A stretch of 64,000 bases of DNA from an uncultured Chitinophagales bacterium. GTDB lineage: Bacteria > Bacteroidota > Bacteroidia > Chitinophagales > JADIYW01. The notes under the pieces are model-generated. The model saw nothing but the letters and a program-made list of their open reading frames with translations. It was not told the DNA's origin and made no database searches. The stretch spans positions 24,168 to 88,167 of the forward strand of contig CAZBED010000005.1 in the NCBI GenBank assembly GCA_964490845.1. Direction: 5' to 3'. This document shows, piece by piece, positions 37,491 to 47,491 of this stretch. The number at the start of each line of letters is the position of its first letter. Within the stretch, counting starts at the first letter, position 1. A program made the translations under genes and the position numbers.

Positions 37491-37554
37491 AATAAAAAAT
37501 GAACGAATGCAAATATAAAAATTCCCTTTTAATCTATTTGCATTTATTGTCCGA

Positions 37555-38946
37555 TTATAATTGTTTTATTTCAGACACCAATTCTGTCAGTGCTTTTTTG
37601 GCATCGCCGAAAAACATGGAACATTTCGGGTCATAAAACAATAAATTGTCAATCCCTGCATAACCCGCATTCATGGATCGTTTGTTAACGACCACATGTT
37701 TCGCTTTATCCACTTCCAGAATAGGCATACCATATATTGGTGATGAAGGGTCTGTCTTTGCTGCCGGATTCACAACATCATTTGCACCCACAATTAATAC
37801 TACATCCGTCTGTTCGAACTCGGGGTTTATATCTTCCATCTCTACCAATTTATCATATTCCACATTCGACTCTGCCAATAATACGTTCATATGGCCCGGC
37901 ATACGTCCGGCGACAGGGTGAATGGCATATTTTACTTCAACACCCCTTTCTTCCAGAATTTTTTCCAGCTCATGAATAATATGCTGTGCCTGAGCCACCG
38001 CTAATCCGTATCCCGGAACGATAACGACCTTTTTAGAATAATTCAATAACACAGCCAGATCTGTCACCTGAATATCTTTTATGGTTCCGGTTGTCTCTGC
38101 TCCGCCTGTAGCACCGCTGCCACCGCCAAATGCACCGAAAATCACATTGCTCAACGGGCGGTTCATCGCCTTACACATTGCCAGTGTCAGCAATGTACCG
38201 GCGGAACCAACCAAAATACCACCAGTCAGCATCGGTTTATTATCATACAGGAAACCGCCAAATGCCGCAGCTAAACCTGTAAAAGAGTTTAATAAAGAAA
38301 TGACCACTGGCATATCTGCCCCGCCAATCGGAACGGTAAATAAAACACCATAGACAGCTGCAACAATAAACAACATCCAAATAATGCTAACCGGCAATGA
38401 CTGATGTAATAACACAACGGCTACAGCAAAGGCCAGCAAAAGCAGGAGAACAACATTGTTGAGGATATTATATTGCGGCAAACGAATTGGTTTGTTCATT
38501 TTACCGGCTAATTTCAGATAGGCGATGATGGAGCCGGAAAAAGAAACAGTTCCAATCACCATTCCTGCCACAATAAAGCTCAAGGCGGCCGGATTGCCCA
38601 GATTATGTTCAAACTCTGTCAAACCAATCAGCGCGGCGCAAGCGCCGCCCATACCGTTGAACATCGAAACGAGTTCCGGCATTTTGGTCATCTCTACTCG
38701 TTTTGCGGTAAGCCAGCCTATAGCAGACCCGATGGCTATAGCTCCAAAAATCAAAACCAATTTCAGTGTATTTCTGGAAGTATGTTCACTTTCAAATAAA
38801 AAGATGGTACCTAAAATGGCAACGGTCATACCGAAAGCGCCAATTAAGTTTCCTTTTCGGGCGGTTTTTGCATTGCCCATCATCTTCAGTCCGAGTACAA
38901 AAGTTACTGAACCTATCAAATAACATATCTCTAAGATTCCTTTCAT
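37555..38946 (-). CDS. pntB: NAD(P) transhydrogenase subunit beta
   Basis: A membrane domain plus a C-terminal NADP(H)-binding domain (VIVPGYGLAVAQAQH, GANDVVNPAA). 463 aa. Confidence 0.95.
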   Translation of the reverse strand: MKGILEICYLIGSVTFVLGLKMMGNAKTARKGNLIGAFGMTVAILGTIFLFESEHTSRNTLKLVLIFGAIAIGSAIGWLTAKRVEMTKMPELVSMFNGMGGACAALIGLTEFEHNLGNPAALSFIVAGMVIGTVSFSGSIIAYLKLAGKMNKPIRLPQYNILNNVVLLLLLAFAVAVVLLHQSLPVSIIWMLFIVAAVYGVLFTVPIGGADMPVVISLLNSFTGLAAAFGGFLYDNKPMLTGGILVGSAGTLLTLAMCKAMNRPLSNVIFGAFGGGSGATGGAETTGTIKDIQVTDLAVLLNYSKKVVIVPGYGLAVAQAQHIIHELEKILEERGVEVKYAIHPVAGRMPGHMNVLLAESNVEYDKLVEMEDINPEFEQTDVVLIVGANDVVNPAAKTDPSSPIYGMPILEVDKAKHVVVNKRSMNAGYAGIDNLLFYDPKCSMFFGDAKKALTELVSEIKQL

Positions 38947-39081
38947 ATAATATTAATTTGAAAATTTGAAGATTAGACAATTTGAAAATTACTAATCTCC
39001 AAACTTAAATCCGTTTTCCGATTTTATTATTAGTTGATGTGTCATTTTCAATTTTTCAAATTAGCACATCATCAAATTGTT
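38947..39081 (-). other. unusually long, AT-rich structured intercistronic spacer inside the pnt operon
   Basis: 135 bp between pntAB and pntB. Two hairpins are GATTAG-N15-CTAATC (38971-38997) and TGATGTG-N23-CACATCA (39035-39071). Their loops carry copies of the motif ATTTGAAAATT or its complement. At least 4 copies are present in total. Confidence 0.4.
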
Positions 39082-39384
39082 TTATTTTTTCTTAAACATT
39101 TCCAACATTCTGTCCGTCACCACAAAGCCACCCACCACATTGAGGGTGCCTAAAATAACGGCTAAAAATCCCAATATCAGACCCACTATATTTTCCGGAT
39201 CCGTATCCAGCATCACGATAATCGCTCCAACAATAACCACGCCGTGTATGGCATTTGCACCGGACATTAATGGTGTGTGTAAAACCGTAGGAACACCGCC
39301 AATCACTTCCACTCCAACAAAAATTGCGAGAATAATAAAGTAAATCATTTCCCGGTTCTGAACAAAAAAATCTAGTATTTCCAT
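39082..39384 (-). CDS. pntA: NAD(P) transhydrogenase subunit alpha part 2 (membrane)
   Basis: 100-aa three-TM protein with HTPLMSGANAIHG, positioned between pntAA and pntB. Confidence 0.9.
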   Translation of the reverse strand: MEILDFFVQNREMIYFIILAIFVGVEVIGGVPTVLHTPLMSGANAIHGVVIVGAIIVMLDTDPENIVGLILGFLAVILGTLNVVGGFVVTDRMLEMFKKK

Positions 39385-39409
39385 GTCTTAATTTATTTTA
39401 TTGCAATAA

Positions 39410-40528
39410 TTACTGAACTATACTTGGGTGTACTTTAACACCATTATGAACGATTAAACTACCTTTTGTAATCTCTTCTTCCATCTCCCATTTGAATCCA
39501 TCATTGGCAGCAAGGTGATATAGCAAAGTTTGAATATTTTTAGCATACAGGTCACTGGCATTCATCGGCAGTAAAGATGGAATATTACCTTCACCTATAA
39601 TGGTTACGCCATTTACACTAATTGTCTCATTTAATTTACTGCCAACAACATTTCCTCCCTGTTCCACTGCCATGTCTAAAATCACTGAACCGAATTTCAT
39701 GGATTTCACCATTTCTTCAGTAACGAGTACAGGTGCTTTTCTGCCGGGAATTAAAGCTGTGGTAATAACGATATCCGCTTCTGCAACATGCTTGCCGACC
39801 AACTCCTGTTGTTTTTTCAAAAACTCTTCAGATACACCTTTAACATACCCTCCTTCCATTTTAATGGTGTCATCTCCTTTTACCTCTATAAATTTTCCGC
39901 CCAAGGATTGCACCTGTTCTTTTGTTTCAGGGCGAATATCTGATACTTCCACGATGGCACCTAAACGCTTAGCTGTCGCGATGGCTTGTAATCCGGCTAC
40001 TCCGGCACCAAATATTACTACTTTGGATGGTTTAATGGTACCCGCGGCAGTAGTCATCATCGGTAATATTTTTCCAATCTGGTTGGCACACATCAGCACT
40101 GCTTTATAACCGGCTAAGTTAGCCTGAGAAGATAAAGCATCCATTTTCTGAGCACGGGAAATGCGGGGAACTGCATCCATCGAGAATGCAGAGATGCCTG
40201 CTTTCTCACACGCCGCAACCAGTTCAGTATTGGTGGCTGCCCACATAAATGAGATCAGTATCGCACCTCTTTTCATCAGGGCAATTTCATCCGCCTGAGG
40301 TGCATTTACTTTCAATACCACATCAGCGGAAGCATAAACCGTATTCTTATCGCTGACGATGGCCGCCCCGGCATTTTTATAGTCTTCATCATTAAAAAAA
40401 GAATTCAAACCGGCGCCTGCTTCTACATTCACAGAAAAACCTTTTGTGATTAAATCTTTTACGACCGCGGGAACCAATGCCACACGATTTTCTTTAAATT
40501 TGGTTTCTTTAGGAACGGCAATGATCAT
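39410..40528 (-). CDS. pntA: NAD(P) transhydrogenase subunit alpha part 1 (Re/Si-specific, alanine-dehydrogenase-like)
   Basis: IAVPKETKFKENRVALVP and NAD fold VVIFGAGVAGLQAIATAKRLGA. Start moved from TTG 40537 to ATG 40526-40528. Confidence 0.93.
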   Translation of the reverse strand: MIIAVPKETKFKENRVALVPAVVKDLITKGFSVNVEAGAGLNSFFNDEDYKNAGAAIVSDKNTVYASADVVLKVNAPQADEIALMKRGAILISFMWAATNTELVAACEKAGISAFSMDAVPRISRAQKMDALSSQANLAGYKAVLMCANQIGKILPMMTTAAGTIKPSKVVIFGAGVAGLQAIATAKRLGAIVEVSDIRPETKEQVQSLGGKFIEVKGDDTIKMEGGYVKGVSEEFLKKQQELVGKHVAEADIVITTALIPGRKAPVLVTEEMVKSMKFGSVILDMAVEQGGNVVGSKLNETISVNGVTIIGEGNIPSLLPMNASDLYAKNIQTLLYHLAANDGFKWEMEEEITKGSLIVHNGVKVHPSIVQ

Positions 40529-40662
40529 TGATATCAAAAATTTTGTGCTCTAAAATACGGATGTTAGGCGTTATATTTCAAAATGTTAATAAAAATTCAG
40601 GTTATCTTAAAATTAAAATGCGTGCATTGGAATCATAAAAACCGGAATCGTGTTATAAAGTG

Positions 40663-41286
40663 ATGAAAAAGCAGTTATTCATACCCTTGTCGTTTCTGTT
40701 TACCATTTGGGTGGTGAACATTTTCCAGTTTGTTTACCGGCTGGATTTGGGATACCTGGGGATTTACCCAAGAGATACGGCAACACTTTTTGGCATTTTT
40801 ACATCACCCATTATACATGGAAGCTGGGGGCATTTACTGTCCAATTCCATTCCTTTGTTGGTGCTGAGCCTGTTGTTATTCATCACCTATGAGCGTATAG
40901 CCGTTTGGGTTTGGACACTGAACTACCTTCTAACAGGATTGATGGTATGGCTGTTTGCCAGAGATTCTTACCACATCGGAGCCAGCGGAATTGTGTACGG
41001 GTTAGCCTCATTTTTATTATTCAGCGGTTTTTTCAGGATGGATATAAGATCCATTGCCGTATCCAGCGGGGTGGCCATATTTTATGGCGGAATGGTTTGG
41101 GGAATTTTTCCGCTGGAGCGAGGCATATCATGGGAGTCTCATTTATTCGGCGGGATAGCAGGACTGCTTTTAGCCTTCGTGTACCGGAATAAATTCAAAG
41201 ATGCCCTCATTGAAGCTCATGAAGAGGAAATGGTGCATAACAGAAAGACATTTGATGATTTCCTGAACGAGGAGAAACGAGACTAA
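40663..41286 (+). CDS. rhomboid family intramembrane serine protease
   Basis: WGHLLSN (HxxxN) and the catalytic GASGIVYG motif, with a downstream His in SHLFGGIAG. Six hydrophobic segments. Confidence 0.85.
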   Translation: MKKQLFIPLSFLFTIWVVNIFQFVYRLDLGYLGIYPRDTATLFGIFTSPIIHGSWGHLLSNSIPLLVLSLLLFITYERIAVWVWTLNYLLTGLMVWLFARDSYHIGASGIVYGLASFLLFSGFFRMDIRSIAVSSGVAIFYGGMVWGIFPLERGISWESHLFGGIAGLLLAFVYRNKFKDALIEAHEEEMVHNRKTFDDFLNEEKRD

Positions 41287-41292
41287 ACGGGG

Positions 41293-42456
41293 TTATTTAA
41301 AGGGGTTTCTTGCCGTATATTCAGGTGGTTTGATGCGTTTCAGAAAATACGGGAGAGATGCATTGATAAGACCGTTATTCATTTTTATATACGCATGCAA
41401 GGGGCTGGGGACAGCACCTATTGTTGTTTTAATTTCTGTGGCCGTTCGTCCGAAATGAATTTGTTTTTTCCTATTCTCAATAGCCATCTTCACAAAATCC
41501 AGCAACATGCGGTTATAGATTTTATATTCCTTATTCTTGTCATAATCCAGGCCTATATAATGCACGTGCATGGTATCGGAATCTACATTAAACAAACAGA
41601 CAAAACTGACCAGTTCATTAGCTTTAAAATATCCTGTAATACTGCATCTTTCGTCGTATGTAGCTTTCATTTGTTCAAAGAAATCAATATTCAAAACAGC
41701 CATATTAAATGCTACATGATTGACGACATTATTATACAACTTTGTCAGATTCATTTTCTGAGCACGTAGCTCTTCCATGGAAAAATCTTTGGATATAATC
41801 CCTGATGATACCGACAGCACTTTTTTAGTTCTGACCCTGTATTTGGAGGCCAAAGCATCTATGTAATCGTCAAAATTCATCCAGGAGGCATCTATGCTCA
41901 TAAAGATGTCAGGGTCTGTGACAAACGGGTGAAATGCGCTGTTATAGAAGTTCAAACATTTTTTCTCATCTGCCAGATAGATATTGGCTATCAGGAATGC
42001 GCTGGGTTTATTTTTCTTAAATGATTGATTGATTTTTTCAAATACCTGAGGAATATGCGGTATCACTGTAACATTATTTTTACAAATAATCCCTTTATCA
42101 CCTGTAAAAAACACATTCCCCAAATTGAGCAGCTTTGTTTTCTTATCAGCCATATACTTTCTGAAAGCTGTTTTAAGCGCATTGGAAGACTGCCCGGAAT
42201 AGTTTACCAGATTCCGGAAGGAAAAATCAAGCAGCTGTGTGTACAGCGCCGCGATAACTTGTTCATCTTTATACATCAGCGCATACCTGAATTCTATATC
42301 CGTATGGATGTTCTCAATAACTTTCAAAAAGGAATAGCTTTGATAGAAAGGCATATCCGGGTCTATGGAATCCCATAGTTCTTTATCGATATCCGACAAA
42401 GTGTCGACTATACGCAATGAATAATCCGTTTCTGATAGCTTTAAGCCTGACTGCAT
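41293..42456 (-). CDS. FemAB-like / GNAT-fold acyltransferase family protein (tentative)
   Basis: 387 aa. The overall pattern and C-terminal HFGRTATEIKTTIGA resemble Acetyltransf_6 (BioF2/FemAB-like) proteins. The call is by recollection only. Confidence 0.45.
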   Translation of the reverse strand: MQSGLKLSETDYSLRIVDTLSDIDKELWDSIDPDMPFYQSYSFLKVIENIHTDIEFRYALMYKDEQVIAALYTQLLDFSFRNLVNYSGQSSNALKTAFRKYMADKKTKLLNLGNVFFTGDKGIICKNNVTVIPHIPQVFEKINQSFKKNKPSAFLIANIYLADEKKCLNFYNSAFHPFVTDPDIFMSIDASWMNFDDYIDALASKYRVRTKKVLSVSSGIISKDFSMEELRAQKMNLTKLYNNVVNHVAFNMAVLNIDFFEQMKATYDERCSITGYFKANELVSFVCLFNVDSDTMHVHYIGLDYDKNKEYKIYNRMLLDFVKMAIENRKKQIHFGRTATEIKTTIGAVPSPLHAYIKMNNGLINASLPYFLKRIKPPEYTARNPFK

Positions 42457-42559
42457 AATCCGAACAAAGGTAACAACCGATTTAAATATTTGTTGTAATG
42501 TAGTAGCTTAGTAGTTATTTTTCAATATTTATTACTATTTTTAAGTATAAAATATAAGT

Positions 42560-43132
42560 ATGCTCGGATTTATTACTGGCCTGATTACAGCCAATGCCAG
42601 CGAATGGTACATTCACAAATACTGGCTGCACGGAAAAGGGAAGAACAAAAAAAGTATGTGGAGTTACCACTGGCACACACATCATCGCAAGGTGCTGGAA
42701 GAAAACTATGAGGACTCCGATTATAAACAGTCTATTTTTAAAGAGTTTAACGGCCAAACTCATGAAGTTCTGTCTTTAAGTGTTGCTGCCGCGGCGGTAG
42801 CTCCTTTACTGCCCATCGCTCCCGGGTTTACGATTGCCATGTGGCTTTCTCAGTATAATTATTACAGGGTACACAAGAAATCCCACTTAGACCCCGAGTG
42901 GGGCTATAAATACCTTCCCTGGCATTATGACCATCACATGGCTCCCGACCAGGATAAAAATTGGTGTGTCACCTTCCCTTTATGGGATTATGTGATGGGA
43001 ACCCGCTATGTTTATAAAGGCAGCGAACGGGAAAAAGTTGATATAGAAAGACGGTTACGTAAGGCTGCTGCGAAAGGAACGGAATATAAGATTTATCAGA
43101 AAAAACCTGCCGAAAAAGCGCATTTAAATTAA
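42560..43132 (+). CDS. fatty acid hydroxylase superfamily protein (small di-iron membrane hydroxylase; paralog of 21647..22186)
   Basis: His boxes HKYWLH, HWHTHH and HYDHH, with a C-terminal WDYVMGT (compare WDRIFGT in the paralog). Confidence 0.6.
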   Translation: MLGFITGLITANASEWYIHKYWLHGKGKNKKSMWSYHWHTHHRKVLEENYEDSDYKQSIFKEFNGQTHEVLSLSVAAAAVAPLLPIAPGFTIAMWLSQYNYYRVHKKSHLDPEWGYKYLPWHYDHHMAPDQDKNWCVTFPLWDYVMGTRYVYKGSEREKVDIERRLRKAAAKGTEYKIYQKKPAEKAHLN

Positions 43133-43235
43133 ATCATTTTGCTACTTTTTTCAGGCAAAATCCCCTTTAGTCCGTAAAGGCAAATAAATAATTGTAAATT
43201 TTGATTTTTGTAGAAATGTTAACAGTTTAACGTCG

Positions 43236-43243
43236 TATTTTTG
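43236..43243 (+). promoter_or_regulatory. candidate -7 box TATTTTTG upstream of the ABC exporter
   Basis: Exact TAnnTTTG 19 nt before GTG 43263. The nearest TTTG (43207-43210) gives a long 25-nt spacer. Confidence 0.25.
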
Positions 43244-43262
43244 TTTTCAAATTTTAAATAAC

Positions 43263-45086
43263 GTGGCAGTAGTAGTAGATGCATTTAAAGATACGGATAA
43301 GAAGATTACCAAAGAACGTATAAAAAACAGCTTACGACTTTTTGAATTTATAAAACCCCATAAATATTTTTTCATCAGTGGTATGGTTCTGTTGGGCCTG
43401 TCGAGCATCACGGTACTGGCATTTCCCTACTTTCTCCCCAAACTGGCTGATATTGCACAGGGCATCCCGATGCATATTCTCCAAAAGGCTGACGGTACCT
43501 TTTTAATCAACTGTTATACCAGATATGACCTGATAAGACTTCTTTTTATAGTACTGATATTACAAAGTTTCTTATCATTCTTCAGGGTGTACATATTTGC
43601 ACAGGTCAATGAGCGGGTAATATTTGATATACGAAGAAAATTATACGACAAGATTATCTGCCTGCCGATTGATTTTTTTGAAAAGAACCGGGTAGGTGAG
43701 CTTATCAGCCGGATTTCAACCGATATCATCACCATACAGGAAGCCTTATCAATCAACCTGGCTGAATTCTTCCGGCAGATTATCACATTCATCGGAGGCG
43801 TTGCTTTCATTTTCATATTATCCAAAAATCTCACCTTTTTCATACTCTATACCGTTCCGATACTTGTCATATCCGCTGTTGTCTTTGGCAGAATCATCCG
43901 AAATATCGCATATGATACGCAAAAAGCACTGGCAGAATCCAATGTGGTGGTGGAGGAGACATTCCACAACATCAATATCGTTAAAGCCTACGTGAATGAA
44001 TTTTTCGAGAGCAACCGGTACCTAAGCAAAATCAGCCATGTTAAAAAACTTGCCTTACGGTCAGCCTCCTACCGTGCAGCTTTTATCTCTTTTCTGATTA
44101 TGGGAATGTTCGGGGTGCTGGTTTTAATCTTATACAAAGCCAGCGGACAAGTGGAGGATAAACTGATGACCGTTGGGGAACTGCTGCAGTTCATTACCTT
44201 TACAATATTCATCGCTGCATCTCTGGCGGGCATGGGAGAATTGCTGGGAAAAATTATATCATCTTTAGGCGCATCCGACAGGCTGATCAGCATTTTATCG
44301 ATAGACCAGGAAACAACTTCTACCGGCATACAACCCCAAAAAGTGAACGGTGTAGTAGCTTTTAAAAATGTACATTTCCATTATCCTTCAAGACCGGATA
44401 TGGAGGTACTGAACAACATATCTTTTGAAATAAATAAAGGAGAAAAAATAGCGCTGGTAGGTGCATCGGGTGCCGGAAAATCAACCATCTTACAGTTATT
44501 GTTACGGTTTTATCAAACAAATAACGGAGAAATACTGATTGACGGAAAAAGTATTTATAGTTTCGATGTTCAGCAACTCCGTGCCAATATCGCACTGGTA
44601 CCTCAGGAAGTATTACTGTTTGGCGGAACTATCCGCGAAAACCTTTTGTACGGCAAATTAAATGCAACGGAAGAAGAACTGATATATGCCGCAAAAAAAG
44701 CAAATGCCTGGGAATTCATTTCTAAATTTCCAGACGGGCTGGAGACCATAGTGGGTGAACGCGGAGTAAAACTATCCGGCGGCCAGCGCCAGCGAATTGC
44801 TATTGCCAGAGCCATTCTGAAAGACCCTGCCATTTTACTCTTAGACGAAGCCACCAGTGCATTGGATGCAGAATCTGAAAAGCTGGTGCAAGGTGCATTA
44901 GACAGCCTGATGGAAGGACGCACAACTATAATTATCGCGCACCGTTTATCTACTATCAGAAATGTAGATAAAATTCTCGTTTTAAATCACGGTATGATAG
45001 TGGAAGAAGGAAATCATCATCAGTTAAGCCTGATGGAAGAAGGGTTGTACAGCAACTTACTGAAACTGCAATATCAGTTAAACTAA
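43263..45086 (+). CDS. ABC transporter permease/ATP-binding fusion (MsbA-like exporter)
   Basis: A six-TM domain, then Walker A GASGAGKST, signature LSGGQRQR and Walker B ILLLDEATSALD. The apparent start is GTG. Confidence 0.9.
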   Translation: MAVVVDAFKDTDKKITKERIKNSLRLFEFIKPHKYFFISGMVLLGLSSITVLAFPYFLPKLADIAQGIPMHILQKADGTFLINCYTRYDLIRLLFIVLILQSFLSFFRVYIFAQVNERVIFDIRRKLYDKIICLPIDFFEKNRVGELISRISTDIITIQEALSINLAEFFRQIITFIGGVAFIFILSKNLTFFILYTVPILVISAVVFGRIIRNIAYDTQKALAESNVVVEETFHNINIVKAYVNEFFESNRYLSKISHVKKLALRSASYRAAFISFLIMGMFGVLVLILYKASGQVEDKLMTVGELLQFITFTIFIAASLAGMGELLGKIISSLGASDRLISILSIDQETTSTGIQPQKVNGVVAFKNVHFHYPSRPDMEVLNNISFEINKGEKIALVGASGAGKSTILQLLLRFYQTNNGEILIDGKSIYSFDVQQLRANIALVPQEVLLFGGTIRENLLYGKLNATEEELIYAAKKANAWEFISKFPDGLETIVGERGVKLSGGQRQRIAIARAILKDPAILLLDEATSALDAESEKLVQGALDSLMEGRTTIIIAHRLSTIRNVDKILVLNHGMIVEEGNHHQLSLMEEGLYSNLLKLQYQLN

Positions 45087-45088
45087 CA

Positions 45089-45706
45089 TTACTCAATTTT
45101 GTTATGCATCAAGATGGCATTATTCAGCTTGAGGCCGATGATATCGCAGGTCCCGTTTTCAATAACGGCATCCAGTTCTGCATCCAGCTCTCCTATCACA
45201 GTATTGGTTGTTCGGTTATATCCGGACAATTTTAATTTACCTCTGTTGTTATGAATGGTACCACCATACATGGCATTCACACCATCTTTTTTCTTAATAA
45301 AGGCAGTTACCAAAACCTTTGTGCCGTTTTCAAAAGAATACGAAAATGGAACTTTTGTCAGTAAAACCAAGTCCCTGATGGCGATATATACCTCTATCTT
45401 CTTTTCCGGGTCGTATAATTTAATGATATAAAACTGGTCGTTATTAATCATATTCATGCCACTATCCATCGCATGTTCAATCGGATATCTGGTAGCGTCT
45501 ATACCCTTAAAATCTCGCCCCATCACACTTCCAAAAGCGACAAACTCTTTTTTTACAATTTTATTCAGATAACTCGAATCTATGGCTTCTTCCACTTCTA
45601 TCTGTTGTTTTGACAACTTCAGCTGATAACGGTATTTGTAGAGTACCAGAAATAGTACAAGAAGTAATAATGGAATAGCTTTGAGAAGCGAACTCTTAAA
45701 TTTCAT
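45089..45706 (-). CDS. hypothetical N-terminally anchored protein
   Basis: 205-aa ORF with a single N-terminal TM helix. No motif recognised. Confidence 0.45.
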   Translation of the reverse strand: MKFKSSLLKAIPLLLLVLFLVLYKYRYQLKLSKQQIEVEEAIDSSYLNKIVKKEFVAFGSVMGRDFKGIDATRYPIEHAMDSGMNMINNDQFYIIKLYDPEKKIEVYIAIRDLVLLTKVPFSYSFENGTKVLVTAFIKKKDGVNAMYGGTIHNNRGKLKLSGYNRTTNTVIGELDAELDAVIENGTCDIIGLKLNNAILMHNKIE

Positions 45707-45767
45707 CCCTTAAAGGTAATTTAAAATTTATACTTATTTAAATTCAGCAAAAATAATGGATTGATTT

Positions 45768-46817
45768 TCAAACTACAAAACGATTGACCGAAATTTCAGG
45801 TAAAATATGAACATTGCCGGCCAAATACTGAACAAAATGGTTTGAAAAATATGGTGACAATGACACACCTTTTGTACCCATCCCGTTAAATATGTATACG
45901 TTATGATATTCCGGGTGCCGGCCAATAACCGGCCTTCGGTCTTTAATGGTTGGCCTAACAGCGGCTCTTTCTTCTACAATTTTATACTCACATGCTATCA
46001 TTTTAGCTAATTTGTCTTTCAATTCCTTTCTGCCAGCTTCCGTTACCTTTTCCGACAGATCGTCCCAGCTAAACGTAGAGCCCACATTATAGGTATTATT
46101 TGCTTTAGGAATGACAAATACATTCTTATTTAACACATTTTTCAGGTTCAGTTTTTCTGAATGAATTACCAAATGCTCACCTTTTGCAACGGTAAAAGGA
46201 ATAAAATCAAACCAGGGATTCAGCGACGCCTGATAACCTTCGCAAAAAATTATCCCTTTTGCTGTGACATCTTTATACTGCATACTGCTGCCCATTCTCA
46301 TATAACCTGAAACAAATCGTTCTTCCAGCAGCTGCCGGTTCTTTTTGAGGCGGTTTCTAAATGATTTGACAAACAAAGGAACATCCATCCAACAGGCCTG
46401 CTGAATAACGCCAGCCTGAAACGGTGCATACAGAGTAGTATCTTTTATATCAATAATATCCCCCAGATAGTTCTGATATTCCTCAGCCCCTTGTTTTGTC
46501 CTCCAAATCCTGACATCATCCGCTGATGAAAAAAGCTTGAGCATTTCTACCTCATAAAAAAATGAAACACTCAGCTCTTTTTCAAGAAACCGGTAAGTGG
46601 ATTTCGCAAATGGCAATAACTCATCTATCATCCACGATTTCACCATTCTTCTGCCTGTAATGGGATTAATAACCCCCGCGGCGATGTTAGATGAAGAATT
46701 AGGGTTGAATTCATCAATAACCAAAATTTTTTTACTCGCCTGTAAAAGAAAATGAGCAACCATGCTGCCTGCAATCCCCTGCCCTACTATAATATAATCT
46801 ACTTTAGACGGTATCAT
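45768..46817 (-). CDS. FAD-dependent oxidoreductase, likely the stand-alone MnmC oxidoreductase-domain equivalent
   Basis: DYIIVGQGIAGSMVAHFL dinucleotide fold of the DAO family. The ATG overlaps the mnmD stop (ATGA). The gene order mirrors the domain order of fused MnmC. Confidence 0.6.
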   Translation of the reverse strand: MIPSKVDYIIVGQGIAGSMVAHFLLQASKKILVIDEFNPNSSSNIAAGVINPITGRRMVKSWMIDELLPFAKSTYRFLEKELSVSFFYEVEMLKLFSSADDVRIWRTKQGAEEYQNYLGDIIDIKDTTLYAPFQAGVIQQACWMDVPLFVKSFRNRLKKNRQLLEERFVSGYMRMGSSMQYKDVTAKGIIFCEGYQASLNPWFDFIPFTVAKGEHLVIHSEKLNLKNVLNKNVFVIPKANNTYNVGSTFSWDDLSEKVTEAGRKELKDKLAKMIACEYKIVEERAAVRPTIKDRRPVIGRHPEYHNVYIFNGMGTKGVSLSPYFSNHFVQYLAGNVHILPEISVNRFVV

Positions 46818-47491
46818 ATTCTTTTTATTGCTCTTGTCATTTCCCGTTTTCCAATTGGGCCGGGAAGCCGCTCCACTGTAAATCCGGCACTTTTCATTAT
46901 TCGTTTCACCTCACCCTTAGCACAATAGGTCACCAGCACACCGGCTGGTTTCAATGCTGTATACATACTGTCAAAAATAGACTTTGTCCACAGCTCCGGC
47001 TGTGCTGATGGAGCGAACGCGTCAAAATATATTAAATCAAACTGATGGAAAAATTGTACATCTTCAATACGCATATTACATTTCCGTAGGGAAAAGAAGG
47101 GAGTAATCACCTTATCTGCCTCCCACTCAGCCGTATAGATATCTTTAAACAATAAATCATTATCCCTGTCTGCAAGGACAGATTCATAATTCAACTGAGG
47201 ATATATTGTATTTTCAACAGGATACTTTTCAATAGCTGTATATTTTATGTGCACCTTATTTTTCTCAGCTTCAACAGCAGTCAGTAAAGTATTTAATCCT
47301 GTACCGAAACCAATTTCCAGTAGGGATAAAGATGAAGGTTTATCACGATGAATCTTAAACTGAAGGCCGGCATGAATGAATACATGTCTCGATTCCTGTA
47401 AAGCGCCATGTACTGAATGATACTGTTCGTCAAATTCCTTACTGTAAAGAGAAGCACTACCATCCTTTGTTTTAACAAGTTCAGGTGTCAT
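46814..47491 (-). CDS. mnmD: tRNA (5-methylaminomethyl-2-thiouridine)(34)-methyltransferase
   Basis: TKDGSASLYSKEFDEQYHSVHGALQESRHVFI and LEIGFGTGLN...FDAFAP match the MnmC methyltransferase-domain family. Confidence 0.8.
   Translation of the reverse strand: MTPELVKTKDGSASLYSKEFDEQYHSVHGALQESRHVFIHAGLQFKIHRDKPSSLSLLEIGFGTGLNTLLTAVEAEKNKVHIKYTAIEKYPVENTIYPQLNYESVLADRDNDLLFKDIYTAEWEADKVITPFFSLRKCNMRIEDVQFFHQFDLIYFDAFAPSAQPELWTKSIFDSMYTALKPAGVLVTYCAKGEVKRIMKSAGFTVERLPGPIGKREMTRAIKRI

Noticed and set aside
38081-38923. Plus-strand ORFs 38081..38353 and 38525..38923 (and 39077..39343, 39600..40109).
   Set aside because: They are antisense to pntB, pntAB and pntAA, whose identities are unambiguous. 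This is a typical shadow-ORF composition.
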